From NCBI GenBank assembly GCA_964634935.1, contig CAZWJT010000004.1:94915-158914 (forward strand): a stretch of 64,000 nucleotides of DNA, written 5' to 3'. A program made the translations under genes and the position numbers. Below, one piece after another: positions 1 to 9,768 of the stretch. Positions within the stretch are counted from its first letter, which is position 1, and every line of letters starts with the position of its first letter. The notes beneath the pieces are model-generated. The model saw only the letters and a program-made list of their open reading frames with translations, was not told the origin of the DNA and searched no databases. The stretch is from an uncultured Planctomycetia bacterium. Lineage in GTDB: Bacteria > Omnitrophota > Gorgyraeia > Duberdicusellales > Duberdicusellaceae.

Positions 1-1
1 A

Positions 2-412
2 CATTCTGCCCTTGATCAAAAACGCAGCCAAATTATGCCCGTGGCAAAAACCTATCCCCTTGAAAGCGTTCTAAAAACGGCGAAAGAATTTATCAAAAAA
101 TACCATTTCCCAATCACAGTCGAATACATACTTCTCAAAAATTTTAATACAACACACCATGATGCGGAAGCTCTTGCTCACTTCATACACCAAATCCCTT
201 GCAAGCTTAACCTTATACCCTATAATCAGTCCAGCTCACCGCATTGGCAAGCCCCAACCGCTGATGAAATAAAAAATTTTCGCACATCCCTGGAAAAAAA
301 AGGTGTTTTTTATACGATGCGGAAATCCCGCGGAGAAGATATTGCCGGAGCCTGTGGACAATTGCGCGCACAATTCAAAAAGAACCAACTCCCTGTTGAA
401 AAGAAAAAATAA
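2..412 (+). CDS. rlmN: 23S rRNA m2A2503 methyltransferase RlmN, C-terminal fragment (5' end lies upstream of window)
   Basis: Open frame runs from window start; CKLNLIPYNQ and GEDIAGACGQL match the RlmN C-terminal CKVNLIPFNP / GDDIDAACGQL motifs. Confidence 0.8.
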   Translation, partial: HSALDQKRSQIMPVAKTYPLESVLKTAKEFIKKYHFPITVEYILLKNFNTTHHDAEALAHFIHQIPCKLNLIPYNQSSSPHWQAPTADEIKNFRTSLEKKGVFYTMRKSRGEDIAGACGQLRAQFKKNQLPVEKKK

Positions 413-468
413 TTATGATACACTAACACTGCAATTACACCGCAGTAGTCGCCGGATTTACACAAAAG

Positions 469-1680
469 ATGAATAGAAAAAATCTAAAGAAAAAATATCC
501 TTTTGCCGAACGAATCAACTCGTTCATCCTCGTTGACCCCCTCACGGAATGTTATAATTTTCAGTACCTTTTGCGTCGGTTGGGAGAAGAGGTATATCGG
601 ACGCGCCGTACAATGGGAAAAATATCGCTTCTTGTGCTTGACATCGATTACTTTCGCGCGATCAACAACACATACGGCGAAGAAACGGGGGATAGAGTCC
701 TCACCCAATTTGCAAAACTCTTACAACGCACAATTCGTACCAATGATGTGCTTGCTCGGGCCGGAGAAGAAAAATTCATGATTATCTTGATCGATACCGA
801 AAAGAAAAACGCGCTTTTCTTTGGACAACGTTTGAAACAGAAAATCTCCGGATACAGGTTCTGCGGTAGAAAAAGCATTCAGGTAAAAATCAGCATCGGA
901 GTTGCCGGGTACCCAGAAGACGGAATTACGTCCGATACAATGCTCCTCCATGAAGCGGAAAAAGCCCTCGTTGAGGCGAAAGAAAGAGGCGGAAATACTA
1001 TTGTTGCGTTCACGCGGGAAGACCACCTCGGAAAAAAAATAGCCGAAAAGAAAAAACAATCACGCCAGCAATCAGTCAATGAGCTGAAGAAAAAACTCTC
1101 TCGACTCAACCGGATCATCAACCAAAGCCTCATTGATATGATCTACGGTTTTGCCCGTACCATAGAAGCAAAAGATCACTATACTGGACGGCATGTTGAA
1201 AATACTGAGTTCATTGCCGAGAAAATCGCCCGAAAGCTGAAATTGCCACAAAAGGAAATCGAAAACATCAAACATGCGGCAATTCTCCATGACCTGGGAA
1301 AAATCGGTATCGATGAAAAAATCCTGCTCAAACCTGGAAAACTGAATGACGAAGAAATGGAAAAAGTAAAAAAGCATCCCCTTATCGGCGCAGAAATTCT
1401 GAAATCTATCCATGCGCTGAGTGGAGCAATACCGTTTGTGATGCATCATCACGAAAAATACAACGGCCAAGGATATCCTTCGGGACTAAAAGGCAACCAA
1501 ATCCCCTTGGGTGCGCGGATCATCGCTCTTGCTGATGTTTATCAGGCATTGACCTCAAACCGTCCATACCGTAAGGCATTTTCAAAGGCAAAGGCGCTCG
1601 GAATCATCAAAAGTCAGATTCATTCGCATTTCGACCCTCAAGTAGTATCCGCCTTCATTGAAATCATGAAAGAGACCTGA
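469..1680 (+). CDS. c-di-GMP phosphodiesterase: degenerate GGDEF domain (AGEEKF) fused to HD-GYP domain
   Basis: DPLTxxYN, LDIDYFRAINNTYGEETGD and RAGEEKF (GGDEF-like with G to A and H to E changes); HD motif ILHDLGKIGI and HHHEKYNGQGYPSG (HD-GYP). Confidence 0.85.
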   Translation: MNRKNLKKKYPFAERINSFILVDPLTECYNFQYLLRRLGEEVYRTRRTMGKISLLVLDIDYFRAINNTYGEETGDRVLTQFAKLLQRTIRTNDVLARAGEEKFMIILIDTEKKNALFFGQRLKQKISGYRFCGRKSIQVKISIGVAGYPEDGITSDTMLLHEAEKALVEAKERGGNTIVAFTREDHLGKKIAEKKKQSRQQSVNELKKKLSRLNRIINQSLIDMIYGFARTIEAKDHYTGRHVENTEFIAEKIARKLKLPQKEIENIKHAAILHDLGKIGIDEKILLKPGKLNDEEMEKVKKHPLIGAEILKSIHALSGAIPFVMHHHEKYNGQGYPSGLKGNQIPLGARIIALADVYQALTSNRPYRKAFSKAKALGIIKSQIHSHFDPQVVSAFIEIMKET

Positions 1681-1684
1681 GAGA

Positions 1685-2179
1685 ATGAATTCGCTTTCGG
1701 CCCTCAACCGTAATCATGAATATTTTATGTCTCAGGCTCTCAAAGAAGCGACTTTGGGATTTAGACGCGACGAGGTACCAATTGGCGCAGTAATCACCTG
1801 GAAAAATAAGATTATCGCCAAAGCGTTTAACCAGGTTGAAACACTCAAAGACGCAACCGCCCATGCTGAAATACTTGCCATAACCCAAGCGGAGGAATGT
1901 CTCAAGAACAAATGGTTGAACGGATGCACCCTTTATGTTACAATTGAGCCTTGTGTTATGTGTGCAACCGCGTGTGTTTTAGCGCGCATTGAAACAATCA
2001 TCTTCGGGGCGCGTGAACCAAAATACGGCGGTATCTATTCACGCACTCAGATAAATTCACTCGGATTAAATCATACGCTGAGAATTCAGGAAGGAATTCT
2101 GCAGCAAGAAGCAAAATCGTTGATGCAGGAATTTTTTCAAAAAAAACGGAGAACAAAATCATGTACGGAACGGTCATAA
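1685..2179 (+). CDS. tadA: tRNA-specific adenosine deaminase
   Basis: HAEILAI ... PCVMCATA cytidine/adenosine deaminase zinc motif (HAE / PCxxC), 164 aa. Confidence 0.9.
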   Translation: MNSLSALNRNHEYFMSQALKEATLGFRRDEVPIGAVITWKNKIIAKAFNQVETLKDATAHAEILAITQAEECLKNKWLNGCTLYVTIEPCVMCATACVLARIETIIFGAREPKYGGIYSRTQINSLGLNHTLRIQEGILQQEAKSLMQEFFQKKRRTKSCTERS

Positions 2180-3114
2180 AAAATATCCGCGAACGGGCGA
2201 AAAATGAACCAAAAACTATTCTGTTTCCTGAATATAAGGATCAGCGCGTTATTGAAGCGGTAAAAATTATTGCCGAGGAAAAAATCGCCCATCCAATTTT
2301 ACTCGCCCCCTCTAACCTCGATAAAGAAAAGCAAGAAGAATTCACAAATATCTTTTTTGAATTGCGCCGCCACAAATATGACGATATCGAAGAAGTAAGA
2401 GAAATCATGGAAGATCCTCTTTACTATGCGGCAATGATGGTGCGCATGGGGTATGCCGACGGGTTTGTTGCAGGAGCAACATACACCTCCTCAGCAGTCG
2501 CCAGAACAGCCATTCATTGTCTCAAACAAGATACTTCCATCAATCTTGCGTCGAGCTGTTTTCTTATGGCGGTCCCAAACTGTTCTTATGGAGAAAAAGG
2601 TGTTTTTGTCTATGCCGACTGCGGACTCATCCCATATCCGACATCCGAACAATTAGCGCTCATCGCAATTTCTGCGGCGCGCTTTGCACGGAAACTTTTG
2701 GAAATGGAAGCACGGGTAGCACTCTTGAGTTTTTCCACGAAAGGATCAGCACAAGGACGATGGATTGAGAAAGTAAAAGAGGCCGTGGAAATTGCTAAAT
2801 CAAAAGACCCAAGCCTGCTAATCGATGGGGAACTTCAAGCGGACGCTGCCCTTGATGAAGAAGTTGCACAAATTAAATGCCAGCATAGCGTAGTTGCGGG
2901 AAAAGCAAATGTACTGATTTTCCCAAATCTGGATGCCGGAAATATCTGTTATAAGCTAACTCAACGCTTGGCAAAAGCGCGAGCAGTTGGCCCGATTATC
3001 CTTGGTTTACAACCATGCAGTGATCTATCGCGTGGTTGCAATATTGACGACGTGATTGATTGCACCGCAATCACGGTAATCCGAGCCCAGGAAAAAGACC
3101 TGCAGTTTTCATAA
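2161..3114 (+). CDS. pta: phosphate acetyltransferase (short-form Pta)
   Basis: Aligns by eye with the Pta catalytic domain (YADCGLIPYP, LLSFSTKGS, IFPNLDAGNICYKL, DLSRG); directly followed by ackA. Confidence 0.8.
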   Translation: MYGTVIKNIRERAKNEPKTILFPEYKDQRVIEAVKIIAEEKIAHPILLAPSNLDKEKQEEFTNIFFELRRHKYDDIEEVREIMEDPLYYAAMMVRMGYADGFVAGATYTSSAVARTAIHCLKQDTSINLASSCFLMAVPNCSYGEKGVFVYADCGLIPYPTSEQLALIAISAARFARKLLEMEARVALLSFSTKGSAQGRWIEKVKEAVEIAKSKDPSLLIDGELQADAALDEEVAQIKCQHSVVAGKANVLIFPNLDAGNICYKLTQRLAKARAVGPIILGLQPCSDLSRGCNIDDVIDCTAITVIRAQEKDLQFS

Positions 3115-3123
3115 AATATTACA

Positions 3124-4230
3124 ATGAAAATTCTGGTCATCAATTCTGGCAGTTCTTCGGTAAAATATAAACTGTTTGAGTTTCCTCAGGCTCAACTTCT
3201 CACCAAAGGAACCATTGAACGGATTGGGGAATCAAACGCTCAAGCCAAAAATCACCTTGAAGCAGTACATTTATTGTTCAAAAGTTTTTCACGCGAAAAT
3301 ATCCTCACTGACTTAGACGAGATAGCGGTTATCGGCCATCGGGTCGTACACGGAGGAGAGAAATTCAAAACTCCCTGCAGAATCACCAAGCCAGTTATTG
3401 CTGAAATCCGTAAAAACATACAACTTGCGCCGCTTCATAACCCAGCAAACCTGGCAGGAATATTAGCTTGTCAAAAAATCCTGCCAAAAATTCCGCAAAT
3501 AGCAGTCTTCGACACCGCATTCCACCAAACAATACCAGATTACGCCTACCTGTATCCACTTCCTCTTCACTATTATAAAAAATTTCGTATCCGCCGATAC
3601 GGATTCCATGGAACATCGCACCACTATGTTTCTCTCAAGGCTGCTGAAATATTGAAAAAACCATTCAAGAAATTAAAACTTATTACAATCCACCTTGGAA
3701 ATGGGTGCAGTATTTCTGCGGTTCACAACGGGCAATGCATCGATACTTCGATGGGTTTTACCCCACTTGAAGGATTAATGATGGGGACTCGCTCCGGCGA
3801 CATAGATCCTGCGATCATTTTCTTCCTAGAGCATAACTTTTCAATGACTTCTCACCAAGTGGATACCCTCTTAAACAAAAAAAGCGGATTACTGGGCATA
3901 AGTCAGATAAGCAACGATATGCGAGAAATCACTCGAGCGATAAAAAAAGGAAATCTCCAGGCTAAGCTTGCGTACTCGATGTTCGCGTATCGGATAAAAA
4001 AGTACATTGGCGCCTATGCAGCCATACTTGGAGGAATTGATGCCTGCGTATTCACTGCAGGGATAGGGGAAAACAATCCTCATCTGGTTCGCGCAGTGAC
4101 AAGTGATTTTCGGAAAATATTCAAAAAAATGCCAAAAATATTGGTTATCCCTACCCAAGAAGAACTGATGATCGCCCAGCTTACCTTCAAAACTGCGTAT
4201 CCTCACGCACGCAATACCTTCCTATTCTAA
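3124..4230 (+). CDS. ackA: acetate kinase
   Basis: MKILVINSGSSSVKYKLF, FDTAFHQT, RYGFHGTSH, HLGNGCSISAV and TRSGDIDPAII are near-identical to E. coli AckA motifs. Confidence 0.9.
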   Translation: MKILVINSGSSSVKYKLFEFPQAQLLTKGTIERIGESNAQAKNHLEAVHLLFKSFSRENILTDLDEIAVIGHRVVHGGEKFKTPCRITKPVIAEIRKNIQLAPLHNPANLAGILACQKILPKIPQIAVFDTAFHQTIPDYAYLYPLPLHYYKKFRIRRYGFHGTSHHYVSLKAAEILKKPFKKLKLITIHLGNGCSISAVHNGQCIDTSMGFTPLEGLMMGTRSGDIDPAIIFFLEHNFSMTSHQVDTLLNKKSGLLGISQISNDMREITRAIKKGNLQAKLAYSMFAYRIKKYIGAYAAILGGIDACVFTAGIGENNPHLVRAVTSDFRKIFKKMPKILVIPTQEELMIAQLTFKTAYPHARNTFLF

Positions 4231-4263
4231 TATTTTTAGTTGGAAATGATTCATTTTCCTGTA

Positions 4264-4291
4264 TTGACAGAGGAATAAATGATTATATAAT
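4264..4291 (+). promoter_or_regulatory. sigma70-type promoter, TTGACA-16 nt-TATAAT, upstream of panD
   Basis: Exact consensus -35 (4264-4269) and -10 (4286-4291) hexamers with 16-nt spacer, 45 nt upstream of panD ATG. Confidence 0.6.
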
Positions 4292-4336
4292 AGTCGGATT
4301 GCTAAATATAACAGCAAAAATACATCAGAAATAGAG

Positions 4337-4717
4337 ATGATGAAAGAATTCCTTATTTCGAAAATTGCCTACGCAACAGTTACGCAAACAGAGCTGTATT
4401 ATCAAGGCAGCATTACGATTGACGAAGAAATCCTCATAGCCGCAAAAATTCTCCCGGGGCAGAAAGTAGAAATCTTGAATTTGAATAACGGCGCTCGGTT
4501 TGAAACGTATGTTATCCGAGGAGAGAAAAAATCAGGAGTAATTTGCCTCAATGGACCAGCAGCGAGACAGGCGGTCGTACAGGATAAAATAGTTATTCTG
4601 GCATACGCGTATCTCACGGAATCAGAAATACCAAATTTGCTCATTAACCAAGTAGAGCTCGATGAAAACAACCGAATTAAGACTGCAGTTATACGGCAGC
4701 CCCATATTAAGCCGTAA
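4337..4717 (+). CDS. panD: aspartate 1-decarboxylase (pyruvoyl-dependent)
   Basis: KIAYATVTQTELYYQGSITIDE matches PanD including the Gly-Ser self-cleavage site; 126 aa. Confidence 0.85.
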   Translation: MMKEFLISKIAYATVTQTELYYQGSITIDEEILIAAKILPGQKVEILNLNNGARFETYVIRGEKKSGVICLNGPAARQAVVQDKIVILAYAYLTESEIPNLLINQVELDENNRIKTAVIRQPHIKP

Positions 4718-5186
4718 AACAAAACCGGTAGGGGAGATTACCTATGAAATTAAAGAGTGCGCACGGAAAATGCACGCGCTCATGAAAGAACATAACGGCA
4801 TAGGACTTGCCGCAAATCAAGCTGGACTTGATTTACAAATAGTGGTGATAGACACCGGGGAACAGACATTCACTCTGTTTAATCCACTGATCACCCAAAA
4901 AAGCGGGACAGCAACCTATGAAGAAGGATGTTTGAGTTTTCCGGGAATAGCTCTCTCAATCCAACGGGCCAAAGAAGTTTGGGTTGACTATTGCAATGAT
5001 CAAGGCAGTCAAGTACAGCTACACGCGCAAGGAATTCTTGCGATTGCCCTCCAACATGAAATCGACCATCTGAACGGCATTGTGTTTATCGAAAGAATTC
5101 CCTTCCTGAAACGCATGTCGCTTAAAAAACAATTAACCGTGATCAAGAAAATAGGAAAAACTGAGAAAGGAGAACAATGGCACTGA
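4662..5186 (+). CDS. def: peptide deformylase
   Basis: GIGLAANQ, EGCLSFPG and HEIDHLNG are the three Def motifs; 56-nt overlap with panD, so the true start may be an internal codon. Confidence 0.9.
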   Translation: MKTTELRLQLYGSPILSRKTKPVGEITYEIKECARKMHALMKEHNGIGLAANQAGLDLQIVVIDTGEQTFTLFNPLITQKSGTATYEEGCLSFPGIALSIQRAKEVWVDYCNDQGSQVQLHAQGILAIALQHEIDHLNGIVFIERIPFLKRMSLKKQLTVIKKIGKTEKGEQWH

Positions 5187-5446
5187 CAATCAGACTTTCA
5201 AAACCAGGAAAATCGATCAAACGACGTTATCATTTCAAGATTGTCGTTGATGAGATACGCTCAAAACGTGACGGAAAATTCGTTGAAGAAATAGGATTTT
5301 ATGATCCATCCTATGAGCCTGAAATGCTCAAAATAGATCTAGTCAAATATGAAACATGGTGTAAAAAAGGCGCAAAACCTTCGGCAACTGTCAAGAGTTT
5401 AGCAATCCGTTATAAAAAAAACGCCGAAAAAGGAAAAAAGGAGTAA
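5177..5446 (+). CDS. rpsP: 30S ribosomal protein S16
   Basis: MALTIRLSKPGKSIKRRYHFKIVV..GFYDP matches S16 N-terminus. Confidence 0.9.
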   Translation: MALTIRLSKPGKSIKRRYHFKIVVDEIRSKRDGKFVEEIGFYDPSYEPEMLKIDLVKYETWCKKGAKPSATVKSLAIRYKKNAEKGKKE

Positions 5447-5449
5447 AAA

Positions 5450-5734
5450 ATGCCAGAAAATTCAGCCGTCGGTTTACTTATGGGAATGATGCCTCTCGTG
5501 CTCATTCTCGGAGTTTTTTATGTTATCGTGATTCTACCACAGAAAAAACAGCAGAAGCAGCACGAAGAAATGTTGAAAAGCCTTCAGAAAAATGACGCAG
5601 TTGTTACTATCGGCGGTATCCATGGCACTATCGTCAACGTCAAAGAACATACAATCAGCTTACGAATTGATGAAAACATAAAGATAGAAATTGACCGGAC
5701 AGCGATCCAACGCAAGGAACGAAATGAACAATAA
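5450..5734 (+). CDS. yajC: preprotein translocase subunit YajC
   Basis: Single TM then LPQKKQQKQHEEMLKSLQKNDAVVTIGGIHG typical YajC; sits directly before secDF. Confidence 0.85.
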   Translation: MPENSAVGLLMGMMPLVLILGVFYVIVILPQKKQQKQHEEMLKSLQKNDAVVTIGGIHGTIVNVKEHTISLRIDENIKIEIDRTAIQRKERNEQ

Positions 5735-7886
5735 AATCCTTACCCGATTTCTTATTATCTTTCTCTTGCTTATTGGAGCAACACTTCTCATCTTTCCTCT
5801 TGAAAGAAAGATTAATCTCGGTTTAGACCTGAAAGGTGGTATGCACCTCATCATGAAGGTCGACACAAGCTCATTAAGCCCAAAGGAAAAATCTGGAGCC
5901 GCAGAACGAGCGGTTGAAATCATCCGTAATCGCATCGATGCCTTGGGAGTCCGCGAACCACTTATTCAACCCCAAGGAACAGAGGAGTTGCTCATCCAAC
6001 TTCCGGGAGTTGTCGATCGAGAACGTGCCCTTGCGATTATTGGACAAACTGCGCTGCTTGAATTTCGACTCGTAGAAAGTAACCCTCCTGCGCCGACACC
6101 CGGACAAACGCAAGCAATTCCCGATGGATATGAGTTTAAAGATTCAAAACAAGGAGCAATCCTTGTCCAAAAAGAAGCTGCTGTCAGCGGAAAAGACTTG
6201 GCTGACGCCCAGATGGGTTTTGACTCTATGGGGTTTGGATACGTATCGATCAAATTCAATGCTGAAGGGAGTAAAAAATTTGCCGATGTAACGAATAAAA
6301 ATGTAGGCAAACAACTGGCGATCGTCTTAGATGGAATCGTAAAGTCCGCCCCGGTAATTAAAGAACCTATTCTTACTGGCGACGCACAGATTACCGGTGA
6401 TTTCTCCGCGAATGACGCGAGTGACTTAGCACTGATTTTACGCTCAGGAGCCCTCCCATGCCCTCTCTATATCGAAGAAGAAAGAACTGTGGGCCCGTTA
6501 CTCGGAGAAGACTCTATCCGAAAAGGACTCTCGGCCTCATTGATCGCAGCAGGAGCGGTTGCCCTTTTTATGATCATTTATTACCTGCTTCCTGGTTTTA
6601 TATCCGTGATCGCGCTTTGCTTTAACCTCGTACTAATACTCTTTGGGATGTCCATTTTAAAAGCGACGCTTACCTTACCAGGCATCGCAGGTATCATCCT
6701 AAGCCTGGGGATGGCTGTTGATGCAAATGTGCTGATTTATGAGCGGATGAGAGAAGAACTCGCGCTAAAGAAACCCCTGCTCAGTGTCATCAAACTCGGC
6801 TATGACAAAGCGTTTTCGGCAATCATCGATTCCAACCTTACCACCGTAGTAGCCGCACTCTGCCTTTTCATTTTTGGTACCGGACCGATCAGAGGATTCG
6901 GGGTCACCCTTATGCTGGGTATCTGCGCAAGCATGTTTACTGCGATCGTGGTAACCCGTGTCATTTTTGAGCTTCTCGTATACTATCGAAAGCTGAAAAC
7001 AATCGTCATGCTCCATCTTTTAAAAAAGCCAAATATTAATTTTATCTCTGTGGGAAAATTCTTTACAACCATATCTCTCGGTATTCTTTGCATTGGAACA
7101 TTTTTCTTCTTTAAGGGAAAAGAAACGATCTATGGTATTGATTTTTCCGGGGGACAGATCCAAGAATATTCTTTCCATCAAGACCTGGTGATTGAAAATA
7201 TCCGAAAATATTTCACCGAAGCGAATCTCTCTCTGGAATTATACACTTTCAAAAACAAAAAAAACATTCTGACAATTCGAAGTGCAGATGATACATTTAC
7301 CCAGGTCAAAACAATCCTCGAGAAATACTATCCAGGACAGTATGATATTTTACGGGTTGAAAAAGTTGGTCCGGTCGTTGGAAAACTCCTACAGAGAAAA
7401 GCAATATTTGCTATCGCTTTTGCCCTCCTGGGAATTCTCCTGTATGTCGCATTTCGTTTCAAGCATTTCGATTTTGCTCTGGCAGGAGTACTCGCACTCT
7501 TCCACGACGTGCTCATTAGTTTCAGTTTTCTCTTATTTTTTTCCTATAAAATAAATCTCTTAAGCGTAACCGCATTCTTAACCATTGCTGGATACTCTAT
7601 TAATGACACAATCGTTATTTATGACCGCATTCGCGAGTTGATGGTTCAGATGAAAAAAGCTTCTCTGAAAGAAGTAATCAACGCCGCCTTAAACCAAACA
7701 TTCTCGCGCACACTTATCACATCGCTTACGGTAATCATGGTCGTCTGTATATTCTTCTTTCTTGGCCCAGATACACTCAAGGATTTCTCATTCACACTCC
7801 TGGTTGGTTTTATCGCAGGAGTATACTCAACCATCTTTATTGTCTCTCCACTCGTAGTCTGGCTGCGCAGAAAGAATGCCGCTTGA
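5724..7886 (+). CDS. secDF: protein translocase subunit SecDF (fused SecD-SecF)
   Basis: LGLDLKGGMHL SecD signature, 12 TM-type hydrophobic segments, 720 aa fused form; start moved to ATG 5724 (MNNKIL) to avoid overlap with yajC. Confidence 0.9.
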   Translation: MNNKILTRFLIIFLLLIGATLLIFPLERKINLGLDLKGGMHLIMKVDTSSLSPKEKSGAAERAVEIIRNRIDALGVREPLIQPQGTEELLIQLPGVVDRERALAIIGQTALLEFRLVESNPPAPTPGQTQAIPDGYEFKDSKQGAILVQKEAAVSGKDLADAQMGFDSMGFGYVSIKFNAEGSKKFADVTNKNVGKQLAIVLDGIVKSAPVIKEPILTGDAQITGDFSANDASDLALILRSGALPCPLYIEEERTVGPLLGEDSIRKGLSASLIAAGAVALFMIIYYLLPGFISVIALCFNLVLILFGMSILKATLTLPGIAGIILSLGMAVDANVLIYERMREELALKKPLLSVIKLGYDKAFSAIIDSNLTTVVAALCLFIFGTGPIRGFGVTLMLGICASMFTAIVVTRVIFELLVYYRKLKTIVMLHLLKKPNINFISVGKFFTTISLGILCIGTFFFFKGKETIYGIDFSGGQIQEYSFHQDLVIENIRKYFTEANLSLELYTFKNKKNILTIRSADDTFTQVKTILEKYYPGQYDILRVEKVGPVVGKLLQRKAIFAIAFALLGILLYVAFRFKHFDFALAGVLALFHDVLISFSFLLFFSYKINLLSVTAFLTIAGYSINDTIVIYDRIRELMVQMKKASLKEVINAALNQTFSRTLITSLTVIMVVCIFFFLGPDTLKDFSFTLLVGFIAGVYSTIFIVSPLVVWLRRKNAA

Positions 7887-9768
7887 AGTATTTAAAATCT
7901 ATCAGAAAAAAAAGATTCCCATAGAGGATGTCCTCAGTAAACTCGTTGAATTAGGCTATGCGCGGGTCAACCGGATCGAAGAGGAAGGAGATTTTTCAAT
8001 CCGCGGGGATATCTTAGAAATATTTCCTGTTTCTTTCGACCTGCCGGTAAGAATCGAATGGCTCTGGGACACGATTGACAAAATCGTTAGTTTTACCCCT
8101 CAAACACGAACCCAAATCCAGCGTTTTGACATCCTTATTCTACTCCCGAAATTTAAAAGAAAATACCGCCACCTTGAAGAATTACCGTTGAATCCCATGC
8201 TCAGTCTTGCGCCAGGAAATCTCGTTGTACACTACGATTACGGGATAGGGATCTTCCGGGGCACGAAACAAATGACTGACACCGAAGGAAAAAAAGATTT
8301 CATGGAGATAGAATACAGAGACCATGGGAGAATATACCTGCCTCTAGAAAAATCTCATCTCGTTCAAAAATACATCCATCTTGCCGGACCGAAACCAAAG
8401 CTATCCACTCTGGGAACAAAAGAATGGATCAAAACGAGAGAACGAACAAGAAAAGGCATCCAGAGCTACGCTCTAGAATTGGTACGCATAGAAGCACTCC
8501 GTGAAGTCCTGGGAGGATTCCAGTTCTCCGAAAATCAATGGCAGGACGATTTTAATAAAACATTTCCATATGAAGAAACCCCGGATCAAGAAATCGCCTG
8601 GCTGAAAACCAAAGAACTCATGGAAAGTAAAAAACCTATGGATATGCTTGTCTGCGGTGATGTAGGTTACGGAAAAACAGAGATTGCCATGCGCGCTGCC
8701 TTTAAAGCGGTAACAAACTCAAAACAGGTTGCTTTTCTTGTGCCGACTACGATTCTTGCTGAACAACATTACCGTAATTTCCAGAACAGAACAAAATCTT
8801 TCCCAATTACGATTGCGATGCTCTCGCGATTTAAAACTCAATCTGAACAAAAAATCATACTCCAGAACATAAGCAAGGGCACCATTGATATCGTCATCGG
8901 CACACATCGACTCATCTCACATGATGTTGTATTCAAAGATCTCGGACTGCTGATTATCGATGAGGAACAAAGATTCGGAGTGCTTCAAAAAGAAAAAATA
9001 AAAAGACTAAAAACTACCGTTGATGTACTCTCATTAAGCGCGACTCCTATTCCACGCACTCTCTATATGAGTTTAACCGGTATAAAAGAAATTGCCGTTA
9101 TTAAGACACCCCCCAAACAACGATTGTCCGTAAAAACCGAAGTGATCACTTTTGACTTACCAACAATTAAAAACATTATTTTGGATGAAAAAATGAGGAA
9201 TGGACAGGTTTTTTTCATCGATACAACTATCCAGAACCTGTTTCATATCAAAAAATCTCTCGACATGATACTTCCGAAGGAAATCGCTACCGCTGTTGCA
9301 TACGGAAAGATGCCTACCCAGCTCCTTGAAAACACTATCCTAGATTTTTTAGACGGCAAAATAGACTGCCTGATCTCAACCGCGATCGTTGAATCAGGTA
9401 TGGACATTCCAAAAGCAAACACTATAATAATAAACAACGCGGATCATTTCGGGCTTTCGGATTTACATCAGTTGCGCGGCAGGGTTGGAAGATTTACGCG
9501 GCAGGCATACGCATATTTAATTATCCCTAAAAAGAACCGGCTCACCCAGGAAGCTGAGCAGAGGATTGAAGCAATACGCGATTATTCATACTTGGGAGCA
9601 GGCTTTGATATTGCGATGCAAGATTTAGAGTTACGCGGAGCTGGGACGCTCTTAGGAACAAAACAGCATGGATTTATTTGGGCAATCGGGTTTGATCTGT
9701 ATTGCCGAATTTTACGGGCTGAGATTGAAAATATAAAAACAATATTTGCCCTCGAAACAAAACAATGA
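7876..9768 (+). CDS. mfd: transcription-repair coupling factor Mfd, short form (RID/CarD-TRCF domain plus SF2 translocase only)
   Basis: CarD_TRCF-like block (VVHYDYGIGIFRG...YLPLEKSHLV), TPDQ, GDVGYGKTE Walker A, DEEQRFGV, TATPIPRTL, RGRVGR; only 630 aa vs about 1150 for canonical Mfd. Confidence 0.8.
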   Translation: MPLEVFKIYQKKKIPIEDVLSKLVELGYARVNRIEEEGDFSIRGDILEIFPVSFDLPVRIEWLWDTIDKIVSFTPQTRTQIQRFDILILLPKFKRKYRHLEELPLNPMLSLAPGNLVVHYDYGIGIFRGTKQMTDTEGKKDFMEIEYRDHGRIYLPLEKSHLVQKYIHLAGPKPKLSTLGTKEWIKTRERTRKGIQSYALELVRIEALREVLGGFQFSENQWQDDFNKTFPYEETPDQEIAWLKTKELMESKKPMDMLVCGDVGYGKTEIAMRAAFKAVTNSKQVAFLVPTTILAEQHYRNFQNRTKSFPITIAMLSRFKTQSEQKIILQNISKGTIDIVIGTHRLISHDVVFKDLGLLIIDEEQRFGVLQKEKIKRLKTTVDVLSLSATPIPRTLYMSLTGIKEIAVIKTPPKQRLSVKTEVITFDLPTIKNIILDEKMRNGQVFFIDTTIQNLFHIKKSLDMILPKEIATAVAYGKMPTQLLENTILDFLDGKIDCLISTAIVESGMDIPKANTIIINNADHFGLSDLHQLRGRVGRFTRQAYAYLIIPKKNRLTQEAEQRIEAIRDYSYLGAGFDIAMQDLELRGAGTLLGTKQHGFIWAIGFDLYCRILRAEIENIKTIFALETKQ

